Assembly: GCA_964106915.2 (NCBI GenBank) | Contig: OZ066918.1 | Length of the DNA stretch: 64,000 nt | Strand: one strand, 5' to 3' | Origin: Podarcis gaigeae | Taxonomy: Eukaryota | Part shown: in pieces, positions 39,511-53,320 of the stretch | Position numbering within the stretch: the stretch's first letter is position 1 | Layout of the letters: the number at the start of each line of letters is the position of its first letter | Notes under the pieces: generated by a model | The model's input: only the letters and a program-made list of their open reading frames with translations | Told to the model about the DNA's origin: nothing | The model's database searches: none | Program-made: the position numbers and the translations under genes

Positions 39511-42319
39511 CAGCCAGGACCCCAAGGCCAACACAGCTGGAAATCTGGGGAGAAGATAATCTTTCATTTGCTTTACTGCACAGTAAACGACATTATTGTT
39601 GCAATACTCCAAGAGGCTAGCAAATCACTTCTCCACACAGCCCAGATCCTCATGAGGACACAGCAAAATGGTCTAGCAGTAGTTCAAAGTTACCAACTAG
39701 AACAGGCCTTGTGCTGTGCACTGTTCAAGACTGTAGAGGGGGCAGGGACCACAGTCTGACATGGGCAGAGTTTCAGTGAAGAGGAAAAATGATGTGGTTG
39801 GAGGTGGAGAGGAGAGTACAAAAAACCCACAGTTCCTCCACCTAGGTTTACTCTCAGATTTTGCAAAGATGCAAGCATGTATTAGCAACGGCAGTAATTT
39901 CCCGCTGGCTCCCAGCCTGGCCATTAAATGGGCTGAATTTAAAAGTGTTTTAGCAGCACGACACCCATTCAAGTCAATGAGAATCACGTGGCTACAATTC
40001 ACTAGGGAAAATACCATTTATGCTGCTTGCACTCCTTTTGCTTATTCAATCCAGGCACATTAGCACTTCTCTCAACCCCCCCCCCCTCAAAAATTATTGT
40101 TCTTTTAAACAAACACTATTGTTTCTTTATTCCCTATCATTCCAAAGCAGTACCAGTCCTTTCTTCGACAGTTGCTACAGCAAAGTTAGTGTTATATAAC
40201 CCATAGTAAGGTTAGTTCTGGATCACGAGTACTACTACCATGATTTGTGTAACAGGTCACTGAGGCTGGGCACCAAGATAAATTGCTTCTTAGGACTACA
40301 ACTGACAAAAAGGGAGCACAATAACATCATGGGGCATCTTCAACTGTAGGAAGTGGGAAGGCAAAGCTCAAACAGGCAATGGTGATCAGAAGGAAGGATC
40401 ACTGGCGCAGGTGCAGGGAAGGGTGAGATAGCTCTCACACCAGAGGATATCACCTCCAACTGAACCTACTCCCGTTGCTTAAAAAATTGTAAGCTTCCAT
40501 AGAGCAAAACTGAAAAGGGTCTATGTTATATATTGAGATGCTTTGTTTAATCAAAAGGTCAATACGCTTTTCCTTTTTATTTAACTGAATTTATCTCCCC
40601 CACTTCCACAGCAAAATGCAGATAATCTTGCCTACAGAATCCATAATAGTTACCACTCCCCGTTTTTATGCAGTGCACTGGGGGGGGGGAGAGTGTAGGG
40701 GCACAGGTGCAACCCAGGGAGTTAATGTCTGAAGCAGAAGAGAACCAACAGTTGGTTTGTTTTTGTTGTTAATCACAGCAGGGATGATCCTCAGGCTTTT
40801 GAACAAGTTCCAGCTCCGGTAATTCAATCCCGATTCCCTAAAGTGCACCCTGCAGATTTAATCAGGGGAGCAATTCATTGCTATACCCTTCATGATACCA
40901 CTGCCAATGCAAAACATCTGCCAAACTCCACCCTAGAGGCTGCTGCAGGTCCAGGCAAGGCAGCTGACTTCTCTGTGCTGGGCACACACATACAAGCCTG
41001 ATAGATTTCTTTTGGATGAAATTACCTTTACAAAACAAAGAGCCAGTATTAACCTTTGTCCCTACAGTGCAATCAAAAAGCTTTTAGAGACTTGGGAGCT
41101 GTAGACCCACTGTTGGCAATGGGCAGACAAATCCCAGATCTCTGTGGGGCAATGTGAGGAAGCACATCTCTTAGAAGGAGGGGGAGGGACAGCTCAGAGG
41201 ACTCCCAATGAGAGGGAAGAGGAGAGGAGGCTGAGGGAACACTCCACAAGTGAGCGTGTTTGAGAAAGGGTGAGAGGGTGCCAGCTCTACAGGCAAGGGG
41301 TGACATAACTGGGCTCCTGAGGCCCACAGGGGTGCCGCAGAAAGAATGTAGTTGGTCAAGGGCGCCGTGGACTCAAAAAGGTTGAAAACCTCTGATCTAG
41401 GCATATGGCTCCCCATCAAGGATGAGGGAATGAGTAGAACTGTAAGCCCTGATAGTGAGGTAGGCTTTGGAAAAGATAACCCTTCATGGCCATGAGCAAA
41501 CTTACATGCTAGTCTCATCATTGCAACCTTTAGTAAGTACAACTCAGAAGATAAGGGGAGAAAATGCCAGTCAGGTTTTTCAACGGTGTAAAAAGCACTA
41601 CCCCCCAACAAAAAATGTTCTCAAGCAATGGTTAAGGCAGGAGAGACTAGTACTATGCATAACTATTAGACTAAGAATTTACAGCTAACACCCCAAAATC
41701 CACTTCTTCAATATCCCCCACCAAGTAGTGCACAAATCCAACATGCCAAACCATATCTGCTAAGGCTTGGGGGTGGACTCTGTAGGGGCTACTAAAGAAA
41801 TGCTGGGTGGATCTTAAACAAGCCATTCTGTTTAAGATTTTGGAAAGTGGTTACACTGTCTCTCATGGCTATAAAAGAAAACTCTGCCCTCCTCTCTACA
41901 AAGAGGCAGAGAATCAATAGGATTCCAAGTATACAATAAAAATTAGGGCAATCCTCTTTTATAGTGCCAGTCTTGGTGTCCAAATATCTGCCTTAAAAAT
42001 AGAGAGGGGAATTGTGCAGTTCTCCAGATTGCAGCCCAATATTCTGATGTTACAGTATTTACAGCCCTGAGAAACCTTATTTACAACCTGTATGTACATC
42101 CATGGGGAACCTCTGGCTGGAGTTGATGGAAGCTGCAGACCAACATATGGAAGGCCAGAGGTCGCCCGCCACCCCTGGTCTAAATGAAAAAAGAAAAGAA
42201 AGGAAGCGGCGCATTCAAATCATTTAAGATTTTCTTATCAGTGAAAAAAGCATTTCATAGAAAACATTTAGGAATTCTGGCCTGTACTGCCAACCACGTG
42301 TGTTACATGTGAGCCTAAA

Positions 42320-42622
42320 GAATGCTCAAGTAGTACAGTGTCTCCTTAGTATGCAGAACCTGGTCTTCCAGGTTCAATTCCTGGTGTCTCCAGAAAGGGG
42401 TGGGAAAGACTCCCTTTCCTGGAGAACTACTACCAGTTGCTACAGAAAAGGATTGGGAAACCTCTGGCCCTCTAAATCCCATCAGCCCCAGCGAGCATGG
42501 CTCACGGATTACTGGAACTGTAGCCCTGCAAAATCTTGAGGGCCACAGATTTACCATCATTGGTGCAGAGAATACACGAGCTCAATGGCCTGATTCAATA
42601 TAAAGCAGCTTACTATATTCCT
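42320..42622 (+). mobile_element. Squam2-like SINE interrupted by a short hAT-like MITE (about 42447-42562)
   Basis: The SINE head (CAGGTTCAATTCC box B) and tail (TATAAAGCAGCTTACTATATTCCT) resemble 1858-2045; the insert resembles 19596-19731. Confidence 0.65.
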
Positions 42623-43584
42623 GAGAGGGCCATCATTCTTTCTGCCTAACAATTCTCATGCAAGAATTAAAGTTACAGAGATATAGCAAGGCACCAGGCA
42701 TCTGAGAAGCCATTAGCTCTGATTTGATTTTTTTTTTTAAAAAAGGTTCAGGGAAGTGGCTAAGCACTAAGAACTGATCATTAAAAGGAAAGGTGGATCT
42801 GACCTGGTGGTGTGAAAACAGTACAATTTAAAAGTTGCTGGAAAGGCAAAGGAACAGGACAAAAAGCCCACCCTTCACACATGGAGAAATGAGATTTGAT
42901 TTATTCCGTGACTCTGAGGTTTGTTCAATTTCCATTGTGAATTTCCACTGCATAAATTCAAGGGCTGCAAAAAGTCCCTGTTAGAAGCTGTCCAGAGCAA
43001 TTGAAGGTGATGTGCACAATGATCTATGAACAGGCAGATTTCAAAGCCTCGCTGGGGTATTTTAGCATATTTTTGCATATATGTTCAGCACACCAACCCT
43101 TCAGGAACATGTTGGGCATTAATTTACAAAATGCAATTAGATCCAGTACATACACAACTCCTTACCGTCAATGATTTATCAATTTAGTTAGCTCCCTTCA
43201 CTTCATCTGGTTAATTTCCTCTGATTACATAGCATTGCGTACAGAGAGAAGCCTGTATTTCCTAAGTTTTAGAAGGATTAGATGACATTCAGAAATAATT
43301 TGCAAAAAGAACACAGAGGCTGCACAGCAGGGATTAATATGTTAGCTGCTTTTTCCTATTTTAAAATCGCTCATTTGCCCAAGTCAAATAGTTCTCTTTA
43401 TTATTTTCTTGTCTTTATTTTCCTATTGCTTAGTTCCCCGCTCCTAATGGACTTGCCCCATTATCCCTTCTCAGCAGAATCATGTCTAGGTTGTATTCAA
43501 CATAGTGCTAAAGTGAAAAATCCATCAGCGCAAAGATTTCTGCTTGACCAATAGAACATTCTCTCCCTCTTCTCACCCTGCATG

Positions 43585-43834
43585 CAGAGCCTTAGCTAGG
43601 TGATATTGCGCCCCTGGCAGAACTGTCCAGATTGCACCCCCTAGCCATGGACAAATTAGCTCTTCTTTCTGCCTTTCCTACAACCCCCCTCCCTCCACCC
43701 ATTCAATTTACCCTCTATTTAAAACCATTTCTTATGAGGCAATACTCAATATTTATATTTATGGACATATTTTTAAGCTGATTTTGTGCGCCCCTGGCGG
43801 GGGCCCACTTCACCACCCCCTAGCTACAGCCCTG
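43585..43834. mobile_element. hAT-like non-autonomous element nested in an older palindromic element
   Basis: Ends CAGAGCCTTAGCTAGG / CCTAGCTACAGCCCTG; flanks CCTGCATG / CATGCATA (6/8 match, a degenerate 8-bp TSD). Confidence 0.55.
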
Positions 43835-44858
43835 CATGCATACCCCCTAAATTTGTTCTAGGAGTTCCCTCAGCCCTCCGGAGTAGTTTAGAGGAGGCAC
43901 AGAACAGGAACAAGGGGAAGAGAGGGGAGGAAGTCCTAGTGTGCAAGCAGAAATCCTTGCATTGACTGCATGTAGTAGCCAAAATACCACCCTCTGGTGA
44001 TTTTGCCTACACAGAGATGATGCCCATAAAGGAAAAGCTGTGTATATCATTACTTATTTTTAAAGTCTGACACAAGTATTGATGTTGATGTGAATATATG
44101 ATTTGGGAAGTTGACATGCAGAAGGAGACTTCCTCTTCTAAATTATTGTTTCTATACAAAACCCAGTATTTTAGCCTAACAAAGTCTTGAATCCTAGGAC
44201 ATCTGAGCAGTGATGTCTTCATCTAGCATTTAATTTCTTTTAGTAATACAGAGTGTAATTCAAAATCAATCCAGTCAACAATTTTATTAACTTACTTCAA
44301 CAGCAGAGCAGCCCTAGTCAGACAGTCCAGGTGGGAAAGGGACAGGCTTAGAAGAATCAAGTGCTCACAACAATGTTCATGTTAACCCAATCTAAATGCC
44401 CAGACAGCTGAGAATTACAGGTGTTGTCACTGTGAATGGCACCTCTGAAGTTGTGCTGGACAGACATCAGCATAGCTTGGTGCTTTCAAAGACTCCACAA
44501 CTATCTTTGGAAGACTGGCTTCAACTTGTAGGGAGTCTATGATTGCTTTTGCCTCTTCATGGCTGAAGTGCTAGCGGCAACCCCCAATGCTGGTGGATGG
44601 GGGGGAAGTGTGCTGGCATCATGCCTGTTCCCCTGCCCCCACTCCCAACTTGATAGATGAAAAATGCAGTGAGAATTCACACCTCTTCCTCAGTGAACAG
44701 CACGGGGCCAGGAGGAAGGAGGAGAGATCATGGTTCTTTGCCTTCTTTTCCTTTTGTGAAGTACAGAGGAAAACAATTTCTGGAATGAAACACGTGTCTG
44801 GTCCGTTGCTTCTGTCTTCTGACCTCAGATAGCCAAGAGTAACTTCTTCAGCCCATTA

Positions 44859-45178
44859 AAGGTAAAGGGACCCCTGACCATTAGGTCCAGTCGTGACCGA
44901 CTCTGGGGTTGCAGCACTCATCTCACTTTATTGGCCAAGGAGCCGGCGTACAGCTTCCAGGTCATGTGGCCAGCATGACTAAGCCGCTTCTGGTGAATCA
45001 GAGCAGTGCATGGAAACGCCATTTACCTTCCCGCCGGAGCAGTACCTATTTATCTACTTGCACTTTGATGTGCTTTTGAACTGCTAGGTTGCTCACCCCG
45101 CGGGGATTCGAACCGCGGACCTTCTGATCAGCAAGTCCTAGGCTCTGTGGTTTAACCCACAGCGCCACCCGCGTCCCT
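44859..45178 (-). mobile_element. Sauria SINE (Squam1) with an internal deletion
   Basis: Highly similar to 11302-11657; 12-bp TSD TTCAGCCCATTA at 44847-44858 and 45179-45190. Confidence 0.9.
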
Positions 45179-45311
45179 TTCAGCCCATTAGGTTAGGTTT
45201 AAAACTTTCACTGCTGTAGGTAATGTTGAACTGTTTATAGTGTTTGGCCACTGTCAAAGGGTTGAGAAAATGATGATGCAACAAGTAGGAGTATTAGGAG
45301 GAGATCCTGTA

Positions 45312-45519
45312 CAGTCGTACGTCAGTCTCCGGTTGCATTTTTTCAGGATATGAACGCGGCAAACCTGGAAGTGCATACTTCCGGGTTTCGCCCCGCGTGC
45401 ATGCGCAGAAGCGCTCTGTGTGTCTCACGAGTGCACAGAAGTGGCACTCTAGCTGCGGACTTTTCGGGGTGCAAACAGCACCCTGGAACAGATCGAGTCC
45501 GTAACTAGAGGTACCACTG
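45312..45519. mobile_element. Tc1/mariner-superfamily (Tigger/pogo-like) MITE
   Basis: TA|CAGTCGTACG...GAGGTACCACTG|TA; related to 60831-61076. Confidence 0.7.
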
Positions 45520-47846
45520 TATTAAGCTTCTTAACGTGCTGATACAAAGGGGGCACCGGAACAAGGCTTAGCCACAACTGCTTAGGTGATGAAATACAGT
45601 AATGGCACTGAGTAGCAAAAGGCTTCTGAGCCTAAAGATTCCGAAGGCAGTGTTGATGAAGAGTTCAAGAAGCGCTACAAGGCTGATGCCTTCACAATGT
45701 TGACAAACTAGGCAATGACAAAGACGGGCCAATTCAGAGAATTTGGAAGGGATGGAAGAAGTCATGGCACATTTGGTTTAGCAATACCCTATCCATACAG
45801 AGTTGGAGGTGGGGAAGAGAATGAGAACAACAACTTACAGAACTACCAAATGATGAGAGATCCCTTTCTGCTGCTGCTCACTACGTGGTCATAAAGAAAC
45901 TGAGCCAAAAGGTGTTGGTTAAACTCCCTCACTCCATGTAAAGAACACCAAAATACCTGGGTAAACAAGAGAGTGGTGGCACTTCTAATCTTCCAGAACT
46001 TTCTAGAATGTCCCACTTATAGACAGCACAGGCAGGTTTCCATATTTGGGATTGCACGGAATCCACAGTGCACAGCATGACCTACTTTATATTCCTGTAT
46101 AACCTCCTGGAAAAGTAACTGCAGCAATTGTGACAGAGAAGCAGCAAGAGAGTTGTTTCATGCTGATAAAATAAAGCCCACATCATGTCAAACTGCCTCC
46201 TCTACACCAAAACTCATGATACCTTGAGCGCGGGTCAGAAAAGACAGAGAGATAAAAAAAATATGATTTTTTTTTAACTCTTCCTCTGTGGGATAGCTAT
46301 CTGTCCAACTAATGATTCAGACCTCTTTTCCATGTTGGCACTGAGAATAGTGGGAAATTTTATGGGGTCAAAAAGGATTGTCAATTCTCTTCTTAGCCAG
46401 ATTCTGGGTGCTTATAAAAAGCCCTAAACAACTTGGGACCCCATATTCAAAAGAAATATTGACCTGCTTGTGCATTAAGACTTATAGAGGAGACAGTCTT
46501 TGTGATTCCACCTGCAAATTGCATTTACAGGTGATAGTGCAGGAGAAGACCTTTTATTTGGTGGTCCCCCACTTGTGGAAAGATAGATCTCTCTTCTGAG
46601 GTGCATCTTGTGCTGATGCTATTGGTGTCCTCTCGATAGATGAGGATACACATCTTTGCCCGGGACCTTTGGGAGTGGTTAGATTTTACTATCAGGGGTT
46701 GTGACGTCTGAAACTGTTTGCCTGCTTCCATGAAAGGTTCTTCACAGTTTAATGACTGGTTTTAAAATATCATGTGCACACAAATGTTACAAATCTTATT
46801 TATTGTTCTATGTATGCATTGCTATGCATTTGCATAGGATCCCCTAAAAGTCATGGGTACCACATATTCCCCCCAGTAGTTTCTAGTTTGTGAATGCAGA
46901 TCACTAAATGCCTGAAGTCCTCACCCAGGTGCAAGACAGCTTAGCAGTGTAAAAATACAGGCTGAATCAGTTTCTTGGCCAGGAATTGGCTGGAGAGAAG
47001 AACTACCATGTGGTACAAAGGAAAGTAATGGACAATTGACACAAACAGTTACTCTGTGCTGGGCAGTAGAGGAGTGTGAGCTGCTCCTCCCATGAGCAGA
47101 GACAAAGGTCAGGTTTAGGAAGGGACAAACATTTTAGCTAAGCTGATAGTAGGTTTGGCACATTATCCACAATGTGTGGGAGACCTCTGAGGCAAAATCA
47201 GGGCAGTTCAAAACACCATACCAGTCTGACTCTTTTCTTTTAAAACACACACTCAGATGGCACAAAGGAAAAGAATGGTCTGGAATGCTGGCTGTGAATG
47301 TGCAAGTGATCTGATCTGATCTTTCATACAGGGATGGATATATCCTAGTCAAACAGCATAACTTGGGAAACTAGAAAGCAGGGCAGGGTAAAAGCTGGGA
47401 GGTAGCTCTGTCATCTGTTAAATGAAGAATCAGAGCCTACTTTTGAATAAGAATTAAGAAGCTGTAGGAAGTCCTCTAGATCTGGAACTTTTTGGCATGG
47501 AGGATGTAGTGACAGATTCTGTTGTCCCATACCAAATTCCCTTTAAGGGGGGGAAATAGAGACTTTAATTATTTCAGGGGGATGGAACTACATATCTGTG
47601 AGACCATCTGCCTCTTTGTCAAGAAGATAAACTATTGCCTTGCTTATGGGGTGGGGGAGCTTTGTTTTATTTTGATTGTTTGCTTGCTTCACTGGAGCAA
47701 AGCATTCAGAAGCTGCTACTGGTGGCAAGAGGAATGGTTGCCAGGCAATCATATGGTACGTTCAACATAGACCCTTATCTGCCCATCGTCAGAAGAGGGA
47801 TAGAACCATATACTTGACCATCTTGCTGACTTTCAGATTCCAAGTA

Positions 47847-48967
47847 CAGTGGTGCCTCGCAAGACGAAATTAATTCGTTCCGCAAGTCTTTTCGTCTTGC
47901 GAGTTTTTCGTCTTGCGAAGCACGGTTTCCCATAGGAATGCATTGAAAATCAATCAATGCGTTCCTATGGAAACCGCCTTCAGACCAGGTTTGGGGACAG
48001 TCTGTCCCCCGACCTCTTCTGAAGGCCGACGTGGGGGGGCGAAAGTCTTTGCTTTCCCCCCCCCTTCCCGGGACAGCGGAGACTTCTCCGCTGTCCGGGG
48101 CGATCTTAAAATGCTGGCGGGCGGCAGCGCTGCCGCCCGCCAGCATTTTAAAATCCCCCAGGAAGGCAGGCAGGGGGGGACAAAGACTTTTGCCCCCCAC
48201 CCGCCTTCAGAAGAGGTCCAGAGGGCTCTCCAAGCTGCGGATAGCAGCCTGCTGCCCCGCGCGAGGGGCAGACATTCGCAGCTTGGGGAGCCCTGCAGGA
48301 CTTCCCCGCAGGGCTCTCCAAGCTGCGGATAGCAGCCTGCTGCCCCGCGCGAGGGGCGCTCTTAAGAAGAGCGCCCCTCTTAAGAGCGCCCCTCGCGCGG
48401 GGCAGCAGGCTGCGCACCTTCCCCTCTGTTCCCGGACCTGTCCTGAAGGCTTGCGGTGGGAGGAGGGCTTTCCACCCCACCGCCAACATTCAGAATGCTG
48501 TTCTGAATGTTGGCGGTGGGGAGGAAAAACCCTCCTCCCACCGCAAGCCCCGGGAACAGAGGAGAAGCGCTGCGCACCTTCCCCTCTGTTCCCGGACCTG
48601 TCCTGAAGGCTTGCAGTGGGAGGAGGGCTTTCCTGCCCACCGCCAACATTCAGAATGCTGTTCTGAATGTTGGCGGTGGGGAGGAAAAACCCTCCTCCCA
48701 CCGCAAGCCCCGGGAACAGAGGAGAAGCCCTTCGCGCCTTCCCCTCTGTTCCCGGACCTCCCACCGCAAGCCTTAGGACAGGTCCGGGAACAGAGGAGAA
48801 GGCGCGCTGCGCTTCCCCACTGTCCCCGGAGATTTCCCTATGGGCTTTCGTCTTGCGAAGCAAGCCCATAGGGAAATTCGTCTTGCGAAGCCGCTAAAAA
48901 ATCGGAAAACCCTTTCGTCTTGCAGGTTTTTCGTTTAGCGAGGCATTCGTCTTGCGGGGCACCACTG
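47847..48967 (+). mobile_element. Young Tc1/mariner-superfamily (Tigger/pogo-like) non-autonomous element with a palindromic GC-rich interior
   Basis: TA TSD, TIRs CAGTGGTGCC(T/C)CGCAAGACGAA, repeated subterminal CGTCTTGCG motifs, and no recognisable transposase ORF. Confidence 0.9.
48411..48730. repeat. 160-bp tandem duplication inside the MITE, each unit a hairpin
   Basis: 48411-48570 is nearly identical to 48571-48730; each carries CCACCGCCAACATTCAGAA-tgctg-TTCTGAATGTTGGCGGTGG. Confidence 0.9.
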
Positions 48968-51684
48968 TACTGTTAAAAGTAACCAACACGCTTCCATTTT
49001 TTTTTTAAAGCTATTGGTATAAAACTAAATACATCAGAGAGCAAAAATATTTTATTTGTGAAGTTGAGGGACAACCAATTTTGTTTGCAACAGTCCAGCT
49101 TTTAAGGCTTGACCCATGTTGGTTCTGCCTGACAGATGGCTATTAACCAGGGGATGAATCAGGCAAGGTAGCAATGGCACCTAGGAGACAGCAGCCTAGC
49201 AGCCTTTCCCCAGCCTACGCATTGGGAAATTGGCAGGAAGGACATGACTCTCCACCAGAGGAGAACCAAGGGCTAGAAAAACTGGGTAATCTTAAAGTGA
49301 CAGGCTGGCATAGGGCATATTTTCTTCCTTACTTTGGGAAGAGAACATGGTAAGAAAAAGAAGCTCTGTAAAGATCTTGAACCCTATTAAGAAAATAGGG
49401 CCATCCCTCATCCTAGTGTCCAGAATTCACCTTTCACCAGGAAGAAGTACAGCAGGTGAAAACTATCCTCCTCTACCTCAAGGAGAAGAGAGGAATGTCA
49501 GTATAATGGTCCATTTGTTTGGCACCTGCATATTATCTTTCTGACTTGCCCTGCTCTCTTTAAACTAAAATTTTGGTTGCTCTCCATATAGTTATTTATT
49601 TATACATTTTTTATACCCACCATTTCCCTTGACGGGACTCAGTACAGCTATTTCAATTTAACAAAATTGAACCTAGTTCTCCATTAATTTGGCATTATTC
49701 AATCTCCTGGCTCTCCAGGACAGATACAACACAGAACAGTGACACATCTCAGCCGAGATATGCAGGATTCCCTTCATGTGGAATGAAAAGCATCCCTTTG
49801 GGCACCTAGGGGCTGACAGTCTTTGCCGGCTAACACTTTGAACTGAATTCGCAGTATCTGAAGGTGAGAGGCAAACCAACCACCAAAGCAGTGTTCATTC
49901 TCCTGCTTTTACGTTGTCTCCCTACAGACACTGCACCTTTTTGCCTCACAAGCATTTGTTCTGATGCTCCAGGAGACATAGTGGTTGATCTGCTTCCCCC
50001 TCCTAGGAAGCAAATAAAAATCAGATGACCTAGTTTGCCACCATGGGGAATAGATGTCACCTACACAGCGCAGATAATCCAGGGGAAAGCAACGGGCGGG
50101 CAGGCAGTGTCAGGAGGGCAGCTTACATAGCACTTGCATGTCATGCTACTGAAGTCAATGCCTGAAAGCAGTCAGTGCTTATTGTCCCCTTGGTTTTAGG
50201 AAAACTGGGGGGGGGGGGGATACAGATAATCAAATGCTTACAAAAGCTAACAAGCGACAGCTCCTTCTTTAATATCAGATGCAAAAAGTTGTAATTTAAT
50301 CTATTTTAAACGCAGGCTCTTTTGATTGTTCTTCAGTGGCACTTTAACCAACTGGAGCAGATGGTTAATGGCAGAGCTAATCAACAGCATCACTTTGAAC
50401 TTGACAACATCCTCCATCACAAAAATCTCAGTGAGCTTCACAAGTCCCAACACATTAAGCCTCAGTGTTAAGAAAGCCACAAGTACCCCCTGCTCCAACT
50501 GATGGAATTAAATTATGGAAGTTATTAGGCATTTTTCTACAAGCAAACACAGAGATAATAAAAAATAGAACTAATGAGTGCGCTCTGAGCACTAGCCTGT
50601 AACCCAGTGAATTTGGATTATAAATAGAAAATAGGTTAATAATCTGCTATGCTACTCTTGAGTTGATGCTTAGGGAGCAGCAGTTTTACTACCACTGAAC
50701 CTGCCCTATCACAGAGGCTCGTGGCAAGTTTCAATATACCAAAACAGTAAACAAAGCCATCTCTGAAAGAGTTCCTAAAATTAGACACATCATACAACAC
50801 TTTGAAAGCTGTTCAAAATAGCAGCCTTGTCTCTCAAAATGTTTCTGCCTGCATCCTCATGCAGACTTAAGATAGCACACCCTATTGTACGGGACAGCTA
50901 GGAACAAATATGCTTGGTAAACTCAGCTTGCTATTCTAACACCGAGACAGGCATTCCATGCTGGATGTTTGGCACTGCATAGCAGGATGTCTTAACTCTT
51001 GACCTCTATATCTGTACAATAAAAAACACCTGGTGTGAGAGGATCCCTAGTATCCCAACCACTGTCTTTTAACTGCACATTAGAAACACAGAATCTGAAC
51101 ATCCTTAGCAGCAAAAAGATCCTCATTGATTAGTCCCCCCGCCCTGCCGCCATGTAGCAGAAAGTGCTTTCTGACCCCAATGCTTGGATGGGACAAGGAG
51201 TATCTATAAAACAAGAAATTAATTGGTTCAAGTTAATTAACTGAAGTAACATCGAAGTTAATTATTTGAAATAACTAGATTACCAACAAGCAACAGCCCT
51301 TAAAATAATTAGCAGTAAAATGGTAAAGATTTGTTTAAGAATATCCCAGCATACAGGATTGGTGGGCCAGGAGTTGGAGTACAGAAGAAACAAGCAAACC
51401 ACAAAAAAAATAGATAGGAAAAAATATAGGGTGGAATCCAACATAGCACTAAGGCAATTGTTGCATCAGTGCAAGGACTATTGCTTGTGCAACGGAAAGT
51501 TCCCCCACCTCCCCTTCCCTCCTCCTGCATGCTTCTTAAATTTGAGGAGGGTGTGCACAGGAAGTGGAGAGGGAGGGAAGTTTCACTGTGCAAGCGGAAA
51601 TTCTTGTGTTCATTTTGATGCATTAGTAGCTTACCTCCTATAGTTTCTAAATTCAAATTTAATCTATACCTAGGATATAGTCAT

Positions 51685-52261
51685 TGCCATGAACTGGCTG
51701 GAGAAAGAGGAATGCTGGAAGGAACCAGCTGGAGAAGGCTCAAAGCCCAGGGAGTGGTGGTAGGACAACGATGAGTAGTCAGAGGAAGAAGACTGGGAAG
51801 AGGAGGTGTTAGAAGCTGAAGAGGTAACAGGACTTAGTGAGCTGGGAAAGTCTGTGGCAGAGAGAAGTCCAGAATCAGAGGCAGAAGTTGAAGCAGGACA
51901 GTAGGATGAAGGAGGCCAAGAGGCAGAAATGAGTCAGGCTGACGAAGAGTCAGGTGTCTCCTCTTCCTGCTGCAGCAAGCTCCCTTCCCCACTTTTCTCC
52001 CAGAACCAGAAGAGATATGAAAACTTTGGAGGAGAGCTTGACTGCATGCAGGTGCGGTCTTTGATTGCATGGGGAAAGCCCTGGTGAGGAGGCAGGGACT
52101 TTTAGTCTTGCTGATTTTCATGGAGGAAGACCATTGGGAATGAGCTACTCTGCTCATTAGGCCTGACACACAACCAAGTCTGTGGAGGTCATGTTTTTGC
52201 TAATAGAAAGTTAACTCCATCTTTGAACTGTGTTATTACTGACTAGCACACTCCTGTGACA
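51685..52261 (+). mobile_element. Probable solo LTR (Gypsy/ERV-like)
   Basis: About 577 bp, TG...GTGACA termini, purine-rich 5' half, and a decayed poly(A)-like signal (AATAGA) about 60 bp from the end. Confidence 0.5.
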
Positions 52262-53320
52262 GTGAACTACTAAACACCTATAGCACAGGAAATGTATTCT
52301 TGCCTAGCCAGTTTATTGGGATGATGCACCTAGTATCTAATGCCCTAGCCTCAACAGGCCTCCCCGCTGAGCTAGTTTCCTGGTGGGAAGCCAGTACCTG
52401 CAGACATGCATGAAATCCAAAATGATGCTCCTGCCAAGCTAGTCTATTGGTGAGATGCACCTGGCGCTGCTCTGTTCTCAAACGATGCCCACACACCAAT
52501 TGCCAAGAAGGCTAAGGAGCACAGACAGTCCAGATGAACTAAAGGTGCTGGAATACCTGGAACCAGAGAGCAGGGCTGAATAGCTCACTATGGAGCGGTG
52601 AGGAAACAAGGAGAGGGGTGCGGCTGAAAGATCACTTTAAACATTTCCACCTTTGGAAGAGGTGACTGGGAACTGTTGTGCTCTGTGTCACTAGACAAAT
52701 CTCAAAAGGAGGGACCGCTGCTAACTACCCTCCAAGACCCTTTCTGAGGATCCCAGGACTCCTCATCATCACTCCTAAAATAAACCCCACATACACCCCA
52801 GGGAACCACACAGGGATGGTGGGTGCAGGAGGGAGAACAAACACTTAATGGGGTTGAATGAGAAGAAGAAAGGGGCTGGAAAGAAACTAATGAAGAAGAA
52901 AATTAATGTTTCATGGCAGGAGACAGAATGAGAACATGGAAAGGAAGAAACACACTCAACCAAACTGGATAAAAAAAAGAGTTTAGAAAAAAATGGAAAA
53001 CACACACACCATATAGTCAGAAGATAAACTGCTATATAGAGCCATTCAACCCACCACCTAGACCCCCACAAACTGGGTTGGCTTGGTGGGCAGAATGGCT
53101 CCTCCCTTTGGAGATGAGGCGGAAGACCTGGTTGGACCCTGCATGTCACATCTGGTGACAAGTGTCACCCCATCAGAGAAATGTCTTCCATCCTGATCTT
53201 GCAAAAATTGTAATCTTCTCATTGAGCTGATTATAATGGGCAAAGTTAACCTAATGTGTCCCATCAGTGAAAGTCTTGTGCAAGGATTTCTGCTTTTGCA
53301 CCCTCTCCAGTGTGCACACA

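Noticed and set aside
48411-48800. CRISPR-like repeated palindromes
   Set aside because: These are whole-unit tandem duplications without unique spacers, inside a eukaryotic transposon, and there are no cas genes.
47775-48897. Cluster of 76-220 aa ORFs with repeated peptides
   Set aside because: They arise from the GC-rich palindromic and tandem interior of the MITE; no DDE or HTH transposase motifs.
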